A DNA stretch of 64,000 bases from Promethearchaeota archaeon (GTDB lineage Archaea; Asgardarchaeota; Lokiarchaeia; Sigyniarchaeales; SOKP01). Shown in pieces: positions 1 through 10,132 of the stretch. Positions within the stretch are counted from its first letter, which is position 1. Each line of letters starts with the position of its first letter. The stretch lies in the NCBI GenBank assembly GCA_030599585.1, contig JAUVNS010000017.1:28471-92470 (forward strand). The letters are read 5' to 3'. The position numbers and the translations under genes were made by a program. Below the pieces are notes generated by a model. The model was not told the origin of the DNA. It saw nothing but the letters and a program-made list of their open reading frames with translations, and did not search any database.

Positions 1-183
1 TTCTGCTAAAATGCTTAGAACATAAGTTATTTGAATTTCAGATTCTTGTTGTTCTAATAAATCATTAAGTTGTTCAACGACAAGTTTTACTTTTTCAGTC
101 TTATTTTTATCAAGTAGCTTATTGAGGTTCTCAACTAAGGAATAAAGAACTTGATCTTTTTCAAACTCTTCCAAATTAAACAT
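1..183 (-). CDS. N-terminal part of an alpha-helical (possibly HEAT-repeat-like) hypothetical protein, truncated by the window edge
   Basis: ATG at 183 (cat 181-183), 2 nt after the stop of the HAD gene. Open frame MFNLEEFEKDQVLYSLVENLNKLLDKNK...LSILAE runs to base 1. Confidence 0.65.
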   Translation of the reverse strand, partial: MFNLEEFEKDQVLYSLVENLNKLLDKNKTEKVKLVVEQLNDLLEQQESEIQITYVLSILAE

Positions 184-185
184 TA

Positions 186-953
186 TTAACGATGTGTAAT
201 GTTTTCTCGAATAATAATTTTTTTGAAAGGGTCAATCTCTAATATATCCTCAATATCCCGAAGGATTATTGTTGGATTTGCTTTTTCCAAGCTCAATTTA
301 GTACCATGACCAGAAAGTAATGCAATACTCTTAACTCCTGCGTTATGAGCACATTCAATATCCGTAGGAAGGTCTCCGATTAGATAAACATTATTTTTTT
401 CAATTGGAGTTCCTAACTCCTTCTTGAGCTGTTGCAATGCTATAATAATAGGATGACCGTGAGGTTTTCTTGCAGGCGTATCGTCGCGGGAAACATAAAC
501 AGAAAAAAACTCGTCTAAGTTTAGCCTATTTCTAAATATGGCTAGCCGTTCACCGCTCGTATTTGACACAATCCCAAATTTGACACCATTTCTTTGTAAA
601 TCGATTAAAATTTCTCTCAGTTTTGGTTTTAGCGTTTCATACTTCTCATATTTAGGATACATCCTCCTGAACCTTATAAAAAATAAAACTCGTTTCCATC
701 TACTCGGAATGTAATTCTTGAATACTCTGTAAACATTGATAATAGCCTTAATTTTGTTCTTTGAGTCAGATTCCTCAAAAAGTCTTGCTATATCAATTAA
801 TCTTAGAGATTCTGTGTTTCTCCAGCTATAAAAGTTTTTTTTAAGGTGAACTAGAGCAGCATACTCGAGAGATTTTTGAGTGATTACGCAACCATCGAAA
901 TCGAACAATAAAATTGGGGGATGTGCCATATGTAATAAGGAGAATATAGCCAA
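186..953 (-). CDS. HAD-superfamily hydrolase (phosphoglycolate phosphatase-like)
   Basis: Motifs LFDFDG, IVSN, KP and IGD..TD. True start may be the downstream ATG (MAHPP). Confidence 0.85.
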   Translation of the reverse strand: MAIFSLLHMAHPPILLFDFDGCVITQKSLEYAALVHLKKNFYSWRNTESLRLIDIARLFEESDSKNKIKAIINVYRVFKNYIPSRWKRVLFFIRFRRMYPKYEKYETLKPKLREILIDLQRNGVKFGIVSNTSGERLAIFRNRLNLDEFFSVYVSRDDTPARKPHGHPIIIALQQLKKELGTPIEKNNVYLIGDLPTDIECAHNAGVKSIALLSGHGTKLSLEKANPTIILRDIEDILEIDPFKKIIIRENITHR

Positions 954-1049
954 ATTCTTATAATTTTCTTAAAAATTATAAATAGTAAAAATAAAAAAAA
1001 AAATAACGGAGTTATTAGATATTTAATTTGAATTTTATATTCTGTGGAT

Positions 1050-1718
1050 TTATGCGTCCAATTCGTCTGGCTCTATTGAAACATGGCTCAATAAATAGTC
1101 TATCTGCCTTTGTTTCTTGTTGATGTTTAGTACTGTCGGAAGATTTATCACATCTCCATGGCCAGGCATGAGCGTAATTGAACCTGCTCGTAAGATAAAG
1201 AACTCAAACACATCTGGGATCTCCTTCTTGATTCTTAGGCTTTTTGTAGGCATTCTCTCAGCAGAAGAAAATATTCCTTTCTTATGATAAATCTCGTTTC
1301 TTTCGATTTTCCAGTAATCAAATCTTGAACTCAAAACAATGAGTCCTAAAATAAATGCCATTATAATAGTAACTACTAAGTAAAATTCTGCTGTTAAACC
1401 TGGATTAAAGCTTCCTCCTGGAAGAATAGTAAACAATCCCGGAACTAGAAAAACAAGAAGGAGCACAACTACTACAACGACCATAATTAACACGAAAAAT
1501 TTCGCACTACTAAAATCGAAAGCAACGATAAACATGTTGACAAAGAATACGACAAGCCATATATTACCAAACACTGGAAGAGGGGTTGGGTAAATCATTT
1601 GCAGAAGCCACAGAATAAACGAAACGAGTGCCATAGGCCAGAAAAAAATAACTTTTGGGTAAGACCTTAAGAAAACTTCGCTTACCGCATCAGTTGATGT
1701 ATTAGGCATTTTATTCAC
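1050..1718 (-). CDS. Membrane protein, 4 predicted TM helices plus a C-terminal soluble (bPH-like) domain
   Basis: Four hydrophobic stretches, then YWKIERNEIYHKKGIF... Confidence 0.6.
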   Translation of the reverse strand: MNKMPNTSTDAVSEVFLRSYPKVIFFWPMALVSFILWLLQMIYPTPLPVFGNIWLVVFFVNMFIVAFDFSSAKFFVLIMVVVVVVLLLVFLVPGLFTILPGGSFNPGLTAEFYLVVTIIMAFILGLIVLSSRFDYWKIERNEIYHKKGIFSSAERMPTKSLRIKKEIPDVFEFFILRAGSITLMPGHGDVINLPTVLNINKKQRQIDYLLSHVSIEPDELDA

Positions 1719-1882
1719 TAATTTTAATTCGATTTTTTTTTTAATTTAAAATGAAGTGATTAACTTGAATATAGAAGTTTAGGTTAAAAAATGTTCTTAT
1801 CAGTTAAATATCAAATGATAATAGAATTAAGATTCTAAAGAGTATTAAAAGATTAATGTAGAGGTGTAAAGTTAATAAAAGA

Positions 1883-2635
1883 TTAAAAAAAGTTTTTCAT
1901 TGATTGAACCATCTTATAAGAATAGTCTACTTGCTGATTACCGTTATCACTTATGTTCATGTGACCCGGAAGTAGATATTTGACGTCTAACTCATTTACA
2001 AACTTAATTGAATTGATTAGAGCATCTAAGGATCCTCCAGGAAAATCGTACCTTCCAAAACTCCCGCCAGTAAATACTAAATCTCCGGGAATCAAAATTT
2101 TTTTAGTTTCCTCATAATAACAAACTGAGCCATGGGAGTGTCCTGGTGTATGAAAAACTTTAAAGCTAAAATTTGACCCAATTCGAATAGGTTCATCCAA
2201 TTTCAAATCAACTATGTCTAATGGAATAATTTCTAAATTAAACATTTTTGGGCTGATCCCGAGATTTCCGGGAAAAATCCTTGATTCGTCGCCTTCTACT
2301 AGTATTTTCACCGTATCGCCATAAGCATATAATTTAGGAGGATTGCTTTTTAGAACTTTTATCAACGGGTACAAGCCAAGAACATGATCTACATGCTCAT
2401 GAGTTAGAAATACTTTAGTTATTTTTCGATAATCTAAACCCAAATTATTCATACCTTCAAATAAACCCTTTAATGAGATTCCATTTCCAGAATCAAAAAG
2501 CGCTAACTCACCCGTGCTTTTTTCATTGATTACAAACTGATTGCAATCTAACATAGGGGACTCCCCGAAATAATAGACATCTTTAAGAACACTTCTACCT
2601 AATTTTACCGAACTGTTAGAATCTGGAAAAAACAT
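1883..2635 (-). CDS. Metallo-beta-lactamase-fold hydrolase (glyoxalase II-like)
   Basis: THEHVDH, HTPGHS, GD and LPGH motifs. Confidence 0.9.
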   Translation of the reverse strand: MFFPDSNSSVKLGRSVLKDVYYFGESPMLDCNQFVINEKSTGELALFDSGNGISLKGLFEGMNNLGLDYRKITKVFLTHEHVDHVLGLYPLIKVLKSNPPKLYAYGDTVKILVEGDESRIFPGNLGISPKMFNLEIIPLDIVDLKLDEPIRIGSNFSFKVFHTPGHSHGSVCYYEETKKILIPGDLVFTGGSFGRYDFPGGSLDALINSIKFVNELDVKYLLPGHMNISDNGNQQVDYSYKMVQSMKNFF

Positions 2636-2741
2636 AATTAATCAGTGTAAATATTTTACACAAAAAAACACCTCTTACCTTTAATGTTTTTCTCTTTACT
2701 CTTATAAAAACAATTAAAATAGAGAAAATCAATTAAATAAT

Positions 2742-3164
2742 ATGGAAGACCATTCTAGCGAAAATTTGAACGAAGAGCCTAATCTTGAAAATTTAAAAAA
2801 GAAAGTTGGATTTGGAGTTAAATTTTGGTTGGAATTTCAAGATAATCAACGCGAAAATATTCTAGGCTCTGGATGGGCAAATCTTCTTGAAAGTATTTCT
2901 ACGACAAACAATAACGAGCCCAAGTCTTTAACTCAAGCAGCGAAAGAATGTGGATATTCGTACAAGTATGCGTGGAACATCTTAAACAAGATAAAAGAGA
3001 GGACGGGGAAATCACCGGTAGAAACCAAAAGAGGAGGTACTGGAGGCGGAGGGTCAGTCAAACTGAATGAGTGGGGCCTATATTTAATAAAAACATATAA
3101 AAATCTCTTAGTAGAATTAAAAGAAGTCGAAAAGAAACTCGAAAAAACCTTTAAAATTGATTAA
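2742..3164 (+). CDS. ModE-type winged-helix regulator (N-terminal domain only)
   Basis: SLTQAAKECGYSYKYAWN...VETKRGGTGGGGSVKL is typical of the ModE HTH. Confidence 0.85.
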   Translation: MEDHSSENLNEEPNLENLKKKVGFGVKFWLEFQDNQRENILGSGWANLLESISTTNNNEPKSLTQAAKECGYSYKYAWNILNKIKERTGKSPVETKRGGTGGGGSVKLNEWGLYLIKTYKNLLVELKEVEKKLEKTFKID

Positions 3165-3429
3165 GAAGTATAGTTTATCTTTATAATAAGTTTTCACAAC
3201 ACAGTAATTGCTTAATAATTGGTGTTGCTTGGAGACATCAATCATGGAAGGGCTATTTAAATAACTATTTGATTAAATAAACATCTATTATAATATTCTA
3301 ATTATCTGTCCTCTTTTGGAAAAATTATTTAATTAGGGAAAATCATTTTATTATATTATTGTACTAATACTTAAATTTAGAGATTTATATAGAAGAACAT
3401 ATAATCTTAAAAATTACAATTGATTACGT

Positions 3430-4956
3430 ATGGCAATACCTCTCCCCGGAACACCAATTATAGTAGATATTGGTTCAGCGTATACTAAAATAGGATTCGC
3501 TGGAGAACCCAGTCCACGATTTGTATTCCCAACAATTACGGGTAAAGAAAAATATAAAGCTGTCATGGTCGATGTAACCGCCCGGAACATCTATGTAGGT
3601 GCGGACGCGAAAAAAATGCGCGGAGTTCTGAAGATTAAGCATCCAATAGAAAGGGGTGCCATTATGGATTGGAACGATTATTATGAAATTTTGAATTACA
3701 TCTTCTATTCACTCCTACGAATTGAAAATATTTCTCATTACCCGGTATTATACACCGAACCCCCGTTTTTAAACCAAGAAACTAAAGAATACATTGCTCG
3801 CGTTTTGTATGAAACACATAGAGTAAAGAGCTTAATAATGATTCCAACACCCGTATTATCCCTATTCAGCGTAGGATTAACAACGGGAATTGTGATAGAA
3901 AGTGGCGATGGTACCTCATGGGTATGTCCTATTATAAGTGGGGAGATTGTAGATCAAGCCGTCCAAAAGTTAACATTAGCAGGAACAGATGTCAATCAGC
4001 ATCTTAAGAATTTATTAATGCGAGAGGGAATCAATATCGAGTCGAGTGCAGTAGATGAGATTATTAAAGAAATTAAAGAAAAAAACTGTTTTTTTGCCTT
4101 AGATCCCGAAAACCCTCCTAATTTAGATGATACTTTTAGTTTCACTATGCCAGACGGATCAAATATTAATATTCCTAATTACATATTTCATGAAGCTCCC
4201 GAAGTATTATTCAAACCAAATTTGTTAGGGTATAATATTTTAAATATTCCACAAGCGGTAATCAATAGTGTTAAAAGCATTGACAAGTATTACTGGAGCG
4301 ATTTGTTGTCTCATATAATGCTTTCGGGTGGAAATCTATCATATTCGGGCTTTGAAGAACGATTACGATCAGAGCTAGCTCAATTAGTCCCTCAATTAGG
4401 AAAAATACCTAAACCAAAACCAGTAAAATCCTCTAGGAACGAAAGGCAAAAAATGAAATCAAAAGAAAGAAGCGTAAAGAAAGAGGATACCTGCCCTCAT
4501 TGTGGGATTTTAGTAGATTTAACTGACGGTAAAGAATATTGTCCTTCATGCAACGGTCGAATCGTTCTACCAGAACTTTCAATTGGTAGCACTACATTAG
4601 CTAAGAAACCTAAGTTAGATAAAGGTAATTTAGTCTGTCCTAATTGTAAGAAGTTGATAGGAGATAAGGATTCTATTTTTTGTCCTTATTGTGGGGGAAG
4701 TTTTCAATCGAAAATATTACCAGAGGAGCCCTCTGAAATAATAAAACAATCTCCTCCTGCTACGGAATTTTCTGGATTTTACGAGGCTTCTAATGAGGTG
4801 GTAAGGTTTTTTGTACCTGAAAATCTTCAATTTGCGATTTTCAATGGTGCGAGTATTCTTGGATCACTCCCCTCGTTTCAAAGTTTATTTGTTAGCTATG
4901 AAGAATTTAAAACTAACAGCGCTGCTTTGTACAAAAATATAAGTGAAATATTTTAA
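3430..4956 (+). CDS. Actin-family protein (actin-related) with an inserted double zinc ribbon
   Basis: Actin motifs IVDIGSAYTKIGFAGE, HPIERG, IESGDG, LAGTD, LSGG and AIFNGASILGSL. Insert carries CPHC/CPSC/CPNC/CPYC. Confidence 0.92.
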   Translation: MAIPLPGTPIIVDIGSAYTKIGFAGEPSPRFVFPTITGKEKYKAVMVDVTARNIYVGADAKKMRGVLKIKHPIERGAIMDWNDYYEILNYIFYSLLRIENISHYPVLYTEPPFLNQETKEYIARVLYETHRVKSLIMIPTPVLSLFSVGLTTGIVIESGDGTSWVCPIISGEIVDQAVQKLTLAGTDVNQHLKNLLMREGINIESSAVDEIIKEIKEKNCFFALDPENPPNLDDTFSFTMPDGSNINIPNYIFHEAPEVLFKPNLLGYNILNIPQAVINSVKSIDKYYWSDLLSHIMLSGGNLSYSGFEERLRSELAQLVPQLGKIPKPKPVKSSRNERQKMKSKERSVKKEDTCPHCGILVDLTDGKEYCPSCNGRIVLPELSIGSTTLAKKPKLDKGNLVCPNCKKLIGDKDSIFCPYCGGSFQSKILPEEPSEIIKQSPPATEFSGFYEASNEVVRFFVPENLQFAIFNGASILGSLPSFQSLFVSYEEFKTNSAALYKNISEIF

Positions 4957-5082
4957 CAATTATTTTTAGCTTTCAAATTTTTAATTTTATCGTAATTTGC
5001 ATGATAATCCAACTATAAACTCAAAATATCGTTAATTTTAATTAATTTAAAAAATTAAATTTAGTTAAAACCAGATTGGGGT

Positions 5083-6201
5083 TTGTATTTAATGAAAAAC
5101 AAACGGAATTTATCACTAGGACTAATACTCATTATTACTTTACTTAGTAGTATTACCCCTATAGCCTTAGCAAAGACCCGGCAGAACCACTTAGTTGAAT
5201 TTATTTACGATAACCAGAAAGGCGACGGTACTTTTGGCAGTGCTTATCAAGATACAGCGTATGCTATAGAGATTATAGAGTATTTCAACGCATATTCTGT
5301 GGAAGTCTTATTTGAGGCAACTAAAAGCGTAGATATTGAGGCATTAAAAACAAATCTGATAGATCAGCTACAAACTATGTTTAACGATGAAAATATTGAT
5401 TTATACAAATTATTACATTATCTAGACACTCTTAACAGATTGGAGACTTTAGAAACATCCTTAGATTCAAGTCTACACAATAACATTTATCGGTATTTAA
5501 ATGAAACGACTCAAATTGATGGTGGATTTGGTTCCACAAATATATCGACGACAGCAGACATGGTTTCAACTTTCTTCGTATATAATATATATACCATACT
5601 ACAAGAAACAGTTGTAAACCAGACAGCCCATAAGACCTGGGTTTTGTCGTGTAATAACACTGATGGTGGTTATGGAGGAGATAAATTAATACCTTCCACA
5701 ATAGTTACGACTTATTTTGCCGTTTATCTTGTCGATGCACTAGGAGATGTAAATGATCTGGTAAACAAAACTAAAACTTTAGAATATTTTAAATCCTTTT
5801 ACATCGATGATCCAGAAAACACAGAAAATTTTGGTGGCTATTTACCCGATATTCTCGCCGATATTACTTTACTAAGTAGTACTTATTATTGTGTTGGTGG
5901 TATTGAGCTAATGGATGAAAGTGAATTGAATGGAGACGCTACTGTAAAATGGGTTCTAAATCACCAGAACTTTCTCGACGGTGGCTTTGGTGATTGGGTT
6001 GAAGGAAATGATCAAAGAAGATCATCAGTCAGTGCATCTTATTACGCATTTAATCTCTTAAAGACTTTTGACTCATTAAGCTTGTTAAATGAAGATATCT
6101 TCCAAATTGAATTAAACTATTTAATCTTAATAATAATTCCTTCAATTATTGCAGTTATTATTGGAATAATCTATTTCTTCATTCGAAGGAGAAGAATATA
6201 A
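5083..6201 (+). CDS. Prenyltransferase/squalene-oxidase repeat protein with signal peptide and C-terminal TM anchor
   Basis: Repeated QxxDGGFG-type motifs (NQKGDGTFG, TQIDGGFG, CNNTDGGYG, HQNFLDGGFG). Hydrophobic N- and C-termini, ending RRRRI. Confidence 0.8.
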   Translation: MYLMKNKRNLSLGLILIITLLSSITPIALAKTRQNHLVEFIYDNQKGDGTFGSAYQDTAYAIEIIEYFNAYSVEVLFEATKSVDIEALKTNLIDQLQTMFNDENIDLYKLLHYLDTLNRLETLETSLDSSLHNNIYRYLNETTQIDGGFGSTNISTTADMVSTFFVYNIYTILQETVVNQTAHKTWVLSCNNTDGGYGGDKLIPSTIVTTYFAVYLVDALGDVNDLVNKTKTLEYFKSFYIDDPENTENFGGYLPDILADITLLSSTYYCVGGIELMDESELNGDATVKWVLNHQNFLDGGFGDWVEGNDQRRSSVSASYYAFNLLKTFDSLSLLNEDIFQIELNYLILIIIPSIIAVIIGIIYFFIRRRRI

Positions 6202-6316
6202 ACCTTCTCTTACGTTTTAATAAGCTTATAATAATAGCTATTTATTTGTTTGAATGTCTAAATTAAATTATTGTTAATCTAATTTATCTTTTAATCATTC
6301 ATATTTCAATTATCTT

Positions 6317-7174
6317 ATGGGAAAAATTTTAAACGGGAAAGAACTAGCGGCAAGACTGAATTCAGAATTAAAAAACAAAATTAATTTAGATTATCAAAGA
6401 ACGGGTGTTAAGCCAAAATTAGCTGCAATATTAGTTGGAGACGATCCCGCATCAAAATTATATATTAGAATTAAAAGAAAAACTTGTGCTGAAATCGGGA
6501 TCGATTCGATTTTAATTAATTTAAACGGGGAAGTTTCAAATGCCGAACTATTCACAAAAATCAGTGAGTTAAACAATGATATTACAGTCCACGGTATAAT
6601 TGTGCAATTACCCTTGCCTGTAAAGTTTAAACCCTTTACTCTTGAATTTATTGAACAAATCGATCCACTTAAAGATGTGGATGGTTTACACCCAATCAAT
6701 AAAGGAAAATTATTCGATTACAACGAGGAATTCGTACCCGCCACTCCTAAAGGCATAATTACGCTTCTTGAGTTTTATAACATAGAATTAAAAGGAAAGC
6801 ATGTCGTTATTATTAACCGATCAAATTTAGTAGGAAAACCTCTGATCTTTATGTTTTTAAAGAGGAACGCAACAGTAACAATATGTCACACTTCGACATC
6901 AAACTTAGAGAACCATATAAAAAAAGCAGATATTTTAGTAGTAGCTATTGGTCAACCTGATTTCATAACTAAAGACAAAATCAAGGAAGGCGCTGTAATT
7001 ATTGATGTAGGCACAAGTAGAGTAAATGGAAAGACTCGAGGAGACGTAAAGTTCGATGATGTTTTTGATAAATGTTCGTGGATAACTCCAAATCCAGGCG
7101 GGATAGGCCCAATGACAGTTAGTTTTTTACTTCAAAACACATATAACGCCTATAAACGCAAAATTAGTGAATAA
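6317..7174 (+). CDS. folD: Bifunctional methylenetetrahydrofolate dehydrogenase/cyclohydrolase
   Basis: HGIIVQLPLP, KDVDG, PATPKG, RSNLVGKP and ITPNPGGIGPMT. Confidence 0.97.
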   Translation: MGKILNGKELAARLNSELKNKINLDYQRTGVKPKLAAILVGDDPASKLYIRIKRKTCAEIGIDSILINLNGEVSNAELFTKISELNNDITVHGIIVQLPLPVKFKPFTLEFIEQIDPLKDVDGLHPINKGKLFDYNEEFVPATPKGIITLLEFYNIELKGKHVVIINRSNLVGKPLIFMFLKRNATVTICHTSTSNLENHIKKADILVVAIGQPDFITKDKIKEGAVIIDVGTSRVNGKTRGDVKFDDVFDKCSWITPNPGGIGPMTVSFLLQNTYNAYKRKISE

Positions 7175-7322
7175 TATTTGCTAACAAATCATGTCGAATT
7201 TTGAGAAGAAGTTAAAGCAAAAACGATTTCAAATTATCGATTCGTTTTATAAAGTTAAACTTATATATATACTTACAACCTAATAAGGTTAGGATAAATA
7301 CATAGAATAATATCGCTTTAAA

Positions 7323-7778
7323 ATGGCTATTCTGGAGCTTGGTATAAATTTAGGCGTAAGGAACATAGTAAACAAAAAATACTACGATTCCGATACGGGA
7401 GTAGGATTAGATCCCGAATTAAGAGCTGGATTCCTCTCTGCACTCGAAAGCTTCACCTCTGAAGTTTTTGGAGATGACATAAATGTGATTTCATTAGCCT
7501 CTTTCAAACTGGTTTGTTATTGCGATTTAATAGCTTTACCAAACGATGAAAACAATAAGCAACCATTAATATCTTTTGCCATAACTGAGAAAGAAACAGA
7601 ATCAGAAGTAGTTAAAAAGCATTTAGAAGAAGTAAATTTCCATTTTCTTAATAGATATTCTCTTAATGATATTTTTATAAAAAAGGCAAAGTTCTTTAAG
7701 AAATTTGAAGGAAGAATAGACGATATCATAGGAGATTTGAAGTTAAAAACGGAAGATCGTTTTAGGTCTATCTTTTGA
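7323..7778 (+). CDS. Longin-like domain protein
   Basis: DPELRAGFLSALESFTSE helix followed by beta strands, resembling Asgard longin-like proteins. Lies next to a GTPase. Confidence 0.6.
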   Translation: MAILELGINLGVRNIVNKKYYDSDTGVGLDPELRAGFLSALESFTSEVFGDDINVISLASFKLVCYCDLIALPNDENNKQPLISFAITEKETESEVVKKHLEEVNFHFLNRYSLNDIFIKKAKFFKKFEGRIDDIIGDLKLKTEDRFRSIF

Positions 7779-7808
7779 AAGTTTCAACTGTTAAAACTAC
7801 TTATCATT

Positions 7809-9011
7809 ATGAGTTCTAATATAGGAGCTGAAGCTCAAGCGGCATACAATAAGTACCTAGATGCCACTTCTATAGACGAGAAAATAAAGCGTTTAGAGGA
7901 ATTTATTTCTTTAGTCCCTAAACATAAAGCTACAGAAAAAATTGTTGCTTTAAATAAATCTCGATTAGCTAAGCTTAGAAGAGAACAAGAAGCAGAAAAA
8001 ATCCGAATTAAAACAACTGGTAAAAAAGCTAGTCCCTTTTCAATAAAAAAAGAAGGAATTCAACTGATTCTAATAAGTGATTATCATTCTCCAGGTGTTG
8101 GTAAAACTTCTCTATTAAATTTATTAACGGGAGCAGCAAAAGATAAAATAGGAAAATTTACTCCCATACCTGAAATTGGTATCTATGAGCAAAATAAAGT
8201 TCGCTATCAAATAGTTGACATGCCATCAATTATGGATGGTGCTTCAAGCGGAATAGGAAACGGTAGAGAAATAATCTCTCAATTAAGGGCTTGTGATCTT
8301 ATTTGTTTTTGCGTAGATTTATCGCGTGATTATAAAGAGCAAATTGAATTACTCTTGAATGAACTAAACAAATCACATGTGAGAGTAAATGTTCCACCTC
8401 CCCCCATTACAATTGAGAAAACTGGCTCGAATAAAATTCAGGTATTTTATTTAACTAATGAAGCTAGAGAGCTGAATGATGTTGAAGAATTAACTGAAAA
8501 AATTAAAGAAATCACTCATGCAGGAGGCATACGGAATGGTATAGTCAAAGTATTCGGGAAGATCGAACTCGATCATGTTGTCGACGCTTTAAATCCATCC
8601 GTAGTATATAAAAAATCTATTATTTTTGGGACAAAAGGGGACTTAGCGCTAACTGAGATTAAATTCAACGAATTAGAGAAATTTTATTCAAGTATCTTTC
8701 CTTTGATTATCGGAACGAGCGTGAAAATGAGAAAAATTCCTGGTGATTTTGGAAAAATTGTGTTAACTTACTTACACAAAATAAAAGTCTACACAATGAA
8801 TAAAGGAATAGTCGCTGAAAAACCTCTCCTCATCAATTCCACCCCCAATAAACCAACAATACGAGATGTAGCAATAAAAATCCATCGTAGTTTTTATGAA
8901 TCGTTCGATCATGCAATAGTCATTCGGAAAGATGCTAGACAAGAAAAGAAAAAAGTGGGTTTAGAATACGAATTAGAAGAGAATGACATCATCGAGTTAC
9001 ACACCAAATAG
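7809..9011 (+). CDS. DRG/OBG-family GTP-binding protein with C-terminal TGS domain, divergent G motifs
   Basis: VPKHKATEK...LKSRLAKL-like N-terminus, PGVGKTS, IVDMPS, TKGD, and TGS-type AIKIH...KVGLEYELEENDIIE. Confidence 0.85.
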   Translation: MSSNIGAEAQAAYNKYLDATSIDEKIKRLEEFISLVPKHKATEKIVALNKSRLAKLRREQEAEKIRIKTTGKKASPFSIKKEGIQLILISDYHSPGVGKTSLLNLLTGAAKDKIGKFTPIPEIGIYEQNKVRYQIVDMPSIMDGASSGIGNGREIISQLRACDLICFCVDLSRDYKEQIELLLNELNKSHVRVNVPPPPITIEKTGSNKIQVFYLTNEARELNDVEELTEKIKEITHAGGIRNGIVKVFGKIELDHVVDALNPSVVYKKSIIFGTKGDLALTEIKFNELEKFYSSIFPLIIGTSVKMRKIPGDFGKIVLTYLHKIKVYTMNKGIVAEKPLLINSTPNKPTIRDVAIKIHRSFYESFDHAIVIRKDARQEKKKVGLEYELEENDIIELHTK

Positions 9012-9036
9012 TCATAAAAAAGAAGCATTTTATCGC

Positions 9037-9996
9037 TCAGTTTAAATAATGGTCGACATTAAAACTCATTTTTAACACATTTTGGATGATTTCAGATAAT
9101 TCGTGTTCAGTTAAAGCTTCTTTATCTATCAAACTCCTAGCCATATCGCGGTATATTTTCCAATCGTTTTCATTCATTAGTTTCAACTTAGTACTAAAAG
9201 AGTAGAGATTGAGATAAGCGTTTTTAAAATCTCCAGAATGGATAGGATTATTACCTAAGTTGGCAACTGCTTCATTTAATGATACTCTTATCCCCTCAAG
9301 ATAATAATTTAGCTTAAACTTCGCATCTTTGATTTCACGATTAAATCGTTTTAGTTCATTCTGATATTTTAGATAAGTAATCTCGTCTTTGAGTTTTTCA
9401 GATAGGGCTATAACAGATTTTGACATAGCTGCTTTTCTGGGGAGATTCACTGCTTTCTCGATTTTGTATATCAAAAGATCGCGTTCTTGAATCAGATTAT
9501 CAATCGTTTCTCTTGTTAACTGTTTCCTATGAGCCCAAATTGACTTCAGTATCTGATCTGGTTGTTTGAGTAAAGACTTTCGAACCACCTTTACATTTGC
9601 TAATACTAATTCAGTTAAAGGGTGATCTAATATGTCAAATTCTTCTCTATCTCCATCCCAACTAAGAAATAATTGCTCGTATTTATTTAAGAATTTAACT
9701 AATTTTGGAATTAATTTGTTCACAGATTTATTATCTTCCTTATCAGTAATAATGACCATATCGACCTTAATTGTAGGAAGTGAAGTTAATATAATTATGT
9801 AATCACTTAGTTCTATGTTTGTTAACTCAGTTGATCGATCAAGAGAGTCATCAATGACGATTTCTGATACGAATGTTTTCATGGCTGAAATAAAAGAACT
9901 GAACATTTCTGTATTTCTAGCATCTGTATCTTGAAAATTTTTTTCGTAAATCAATAATCCCGTGTGACTCTGATAAAGAAAGATTGTATAAATCAT
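9037..9996 (-). CDS. Longin-like N-terminal domain plus helical/coiled-coil protein
   Basis: IFLYQSHTGLLIYEKNF...MFSSFISAMKTFVSE is a longin-like pattern. Confidence 0.6.
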   Translation of the reverse strand: MIYTIFLYQSHTGLLIYEKNFQDTDARNTEMFSSFISAMKTFVSEIVIDDSLDRSTELTNIELSDYIIILTSLPTIKVDMVIITDKEDNKSVNKLIPKLVKFLNKYEQLFLSWDGDREEFDILDHPLTELVLANVKVVRKSLLKQPDQILKSIWAHRKQLTRETIDNLIQERDLLIYKIEKAVNLPRKAAMSKSVIALSEKLKDEITYLKYQNELKRFNREIKDAKFKLNYYLEGIRVSLNEAVANLGNNPIHSGDFKNAYLNLYSFSTKLKLMNENDWKIYRDMARSLIDKEALTEHELSEIIQNVLKMSFNVDHYLN

Positions 9997-10132
9997 ATCT
10001 ACAGGTTTTTTTTTAAATTTTTATATGAGACTGAGTTTTATAAGAGTAATTATTTAATTATCGAATAATATTTCCTTTATTATATTTTTATCATTAGTGA
10101 CTTTAAATTCTCTTAACATCTAATGAAAATAT

